A stretch of 64,000 nt of DNA from Nemertoderma westbladi. Its lineage: Eukaryota; Animalia; Xenacoelomorpha. Both the position numbers and the translations under genes were made by a program. Positions 63,389 to 64,000 of the stretch are shown here, one piece after another. The notes under the pieces were generated by a model, which made no database searches, had not been told where the DNA came from, and worked only from the letters and a program-made list of their open reading frames with translations. The DNA lies in contig JAUCBJ010003987.1 of assembly GCA_032718475.1 (NCBI GenBank), forward strand, positions 1 to 64,000, read 5' to 3'. The stretch's first letter is position 1, and every line of letters starts with the position of its first letter.

Positions 63389-64000
63389 ATGGCAAAGAAA
63401 AGGAAGCGCGCGAAACAAACTAAATCGCCACTTTCGCCAAATGAAATCGGAATTCTGGGGTTGGCTAACGCAAACCCACAACTCCTACCTGTAGGCCTAT
63501 CTAATAAAACACCATATCGGGAAGCCAAACGGATCAATCGCAGGGTGGAGATAGATCTGGACGATTCGACAGCTGGTACCGGTAGGCCTACCCCTGCCAT
63601 TACAGATGCACCGACCCTTACTGCCCCCCTTAACCTTGCACACGCTCGAACCAATAGTCAAACCTTAGGCCTATCGAGCACCGCCGGTGGTACCAGTAAC
63701 TCTGACTCTTCTTCTGCTGCCACTATGGATCAGCAAGCTATGGTACAGCAAATAGCTTCCCTCGTAGTCACTGAAGTAACGAGGAATCTGTCCGAGTATA
63801 TCAACTCTGTAAACTCTGGAGCGGTAACCTGCGCGGTTGCTTCTCAAAACAGCGTGGAAATCGAAGACGTTAAGGATCATGGCGATCGTGTCGAACAGTT
63901 TCACCTACTAACCATGGTTGAAGTGCGCGGTCAATCTGTCAACTCACTTTTAAAGATGAAAGGCGACCGGTATGGCTTCGTCAGGAGTCTAGCGACATTC
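63389..64000 (+). CDS. Uncharacterised ORF (204 codons, open to the right edge) with N-terminal NLS-like motif
   Basis: Hand translation is stop-free: MAKKRKRAKQ...S/T-rich linker...MDQQAMVQQIASLVVTEV...KGDRYGFVRSLATF. GC content is higher than in the flanks. Confidence 0.6.
   Translation, partial: MAKKRKRAKQTKSPLSPNEIGILGLANANPQLLPVGLSNKTPYREAKRINRRVEIDLDDSTAGTGRPTPAITDAPTLTAPLNLAHARTNSQTLGLSSTAGGTSNSDSSSAATMDQQAMVQQIASLVVTEVTRNLSEYINSVNSGAVTCAVASQNSVEIEDVKDHGDRVEQFHLLTMVEVRGQSVNSLLKMKGDRYGFVRSLATF

Noticed and set aside
63334-63904. Two minus-strand ORFs (106 and 77 aa)
   Set aside because: Antisense to the longer open plus-strand frame 63389-64000.

Overview
AT-rich, transposon-dense invertebrate (metazoan) genomic DNA; there are no prokaryotic features. 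The host genes are all single-exon CDSs: three type-II transmembrane fibrinogen-domain (FReD/FIBCD1-like) receptors on the minus strand, an SLC17-family MFS transporter and a secreted PAN/Apple + C-type lectin protein. They lie among a 6.8-kb 49-bp satellite, nested non-LTR retrotransposons, an intact piggyBac, Helentron-, Harbinger- and EnSpm-like non-autonomous elements, and a Mutator-like relic. The standout is a 5.3-kb non-autonomous Polinton/Maverick-like element at 23692-29013, with AGTAGT termini, ~700-bp TIRs and a 6-bp TSD (AACACT). It has no recognisable core viral genes but carries an intact, intronless, miniature homolog of GTSF1/Asterix, a piRNA/PIWI cofactor, plus a zinc-finger/acidic ORF. 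This is a candidate transposon-borne modulator or decoy of the piRNA pathway.
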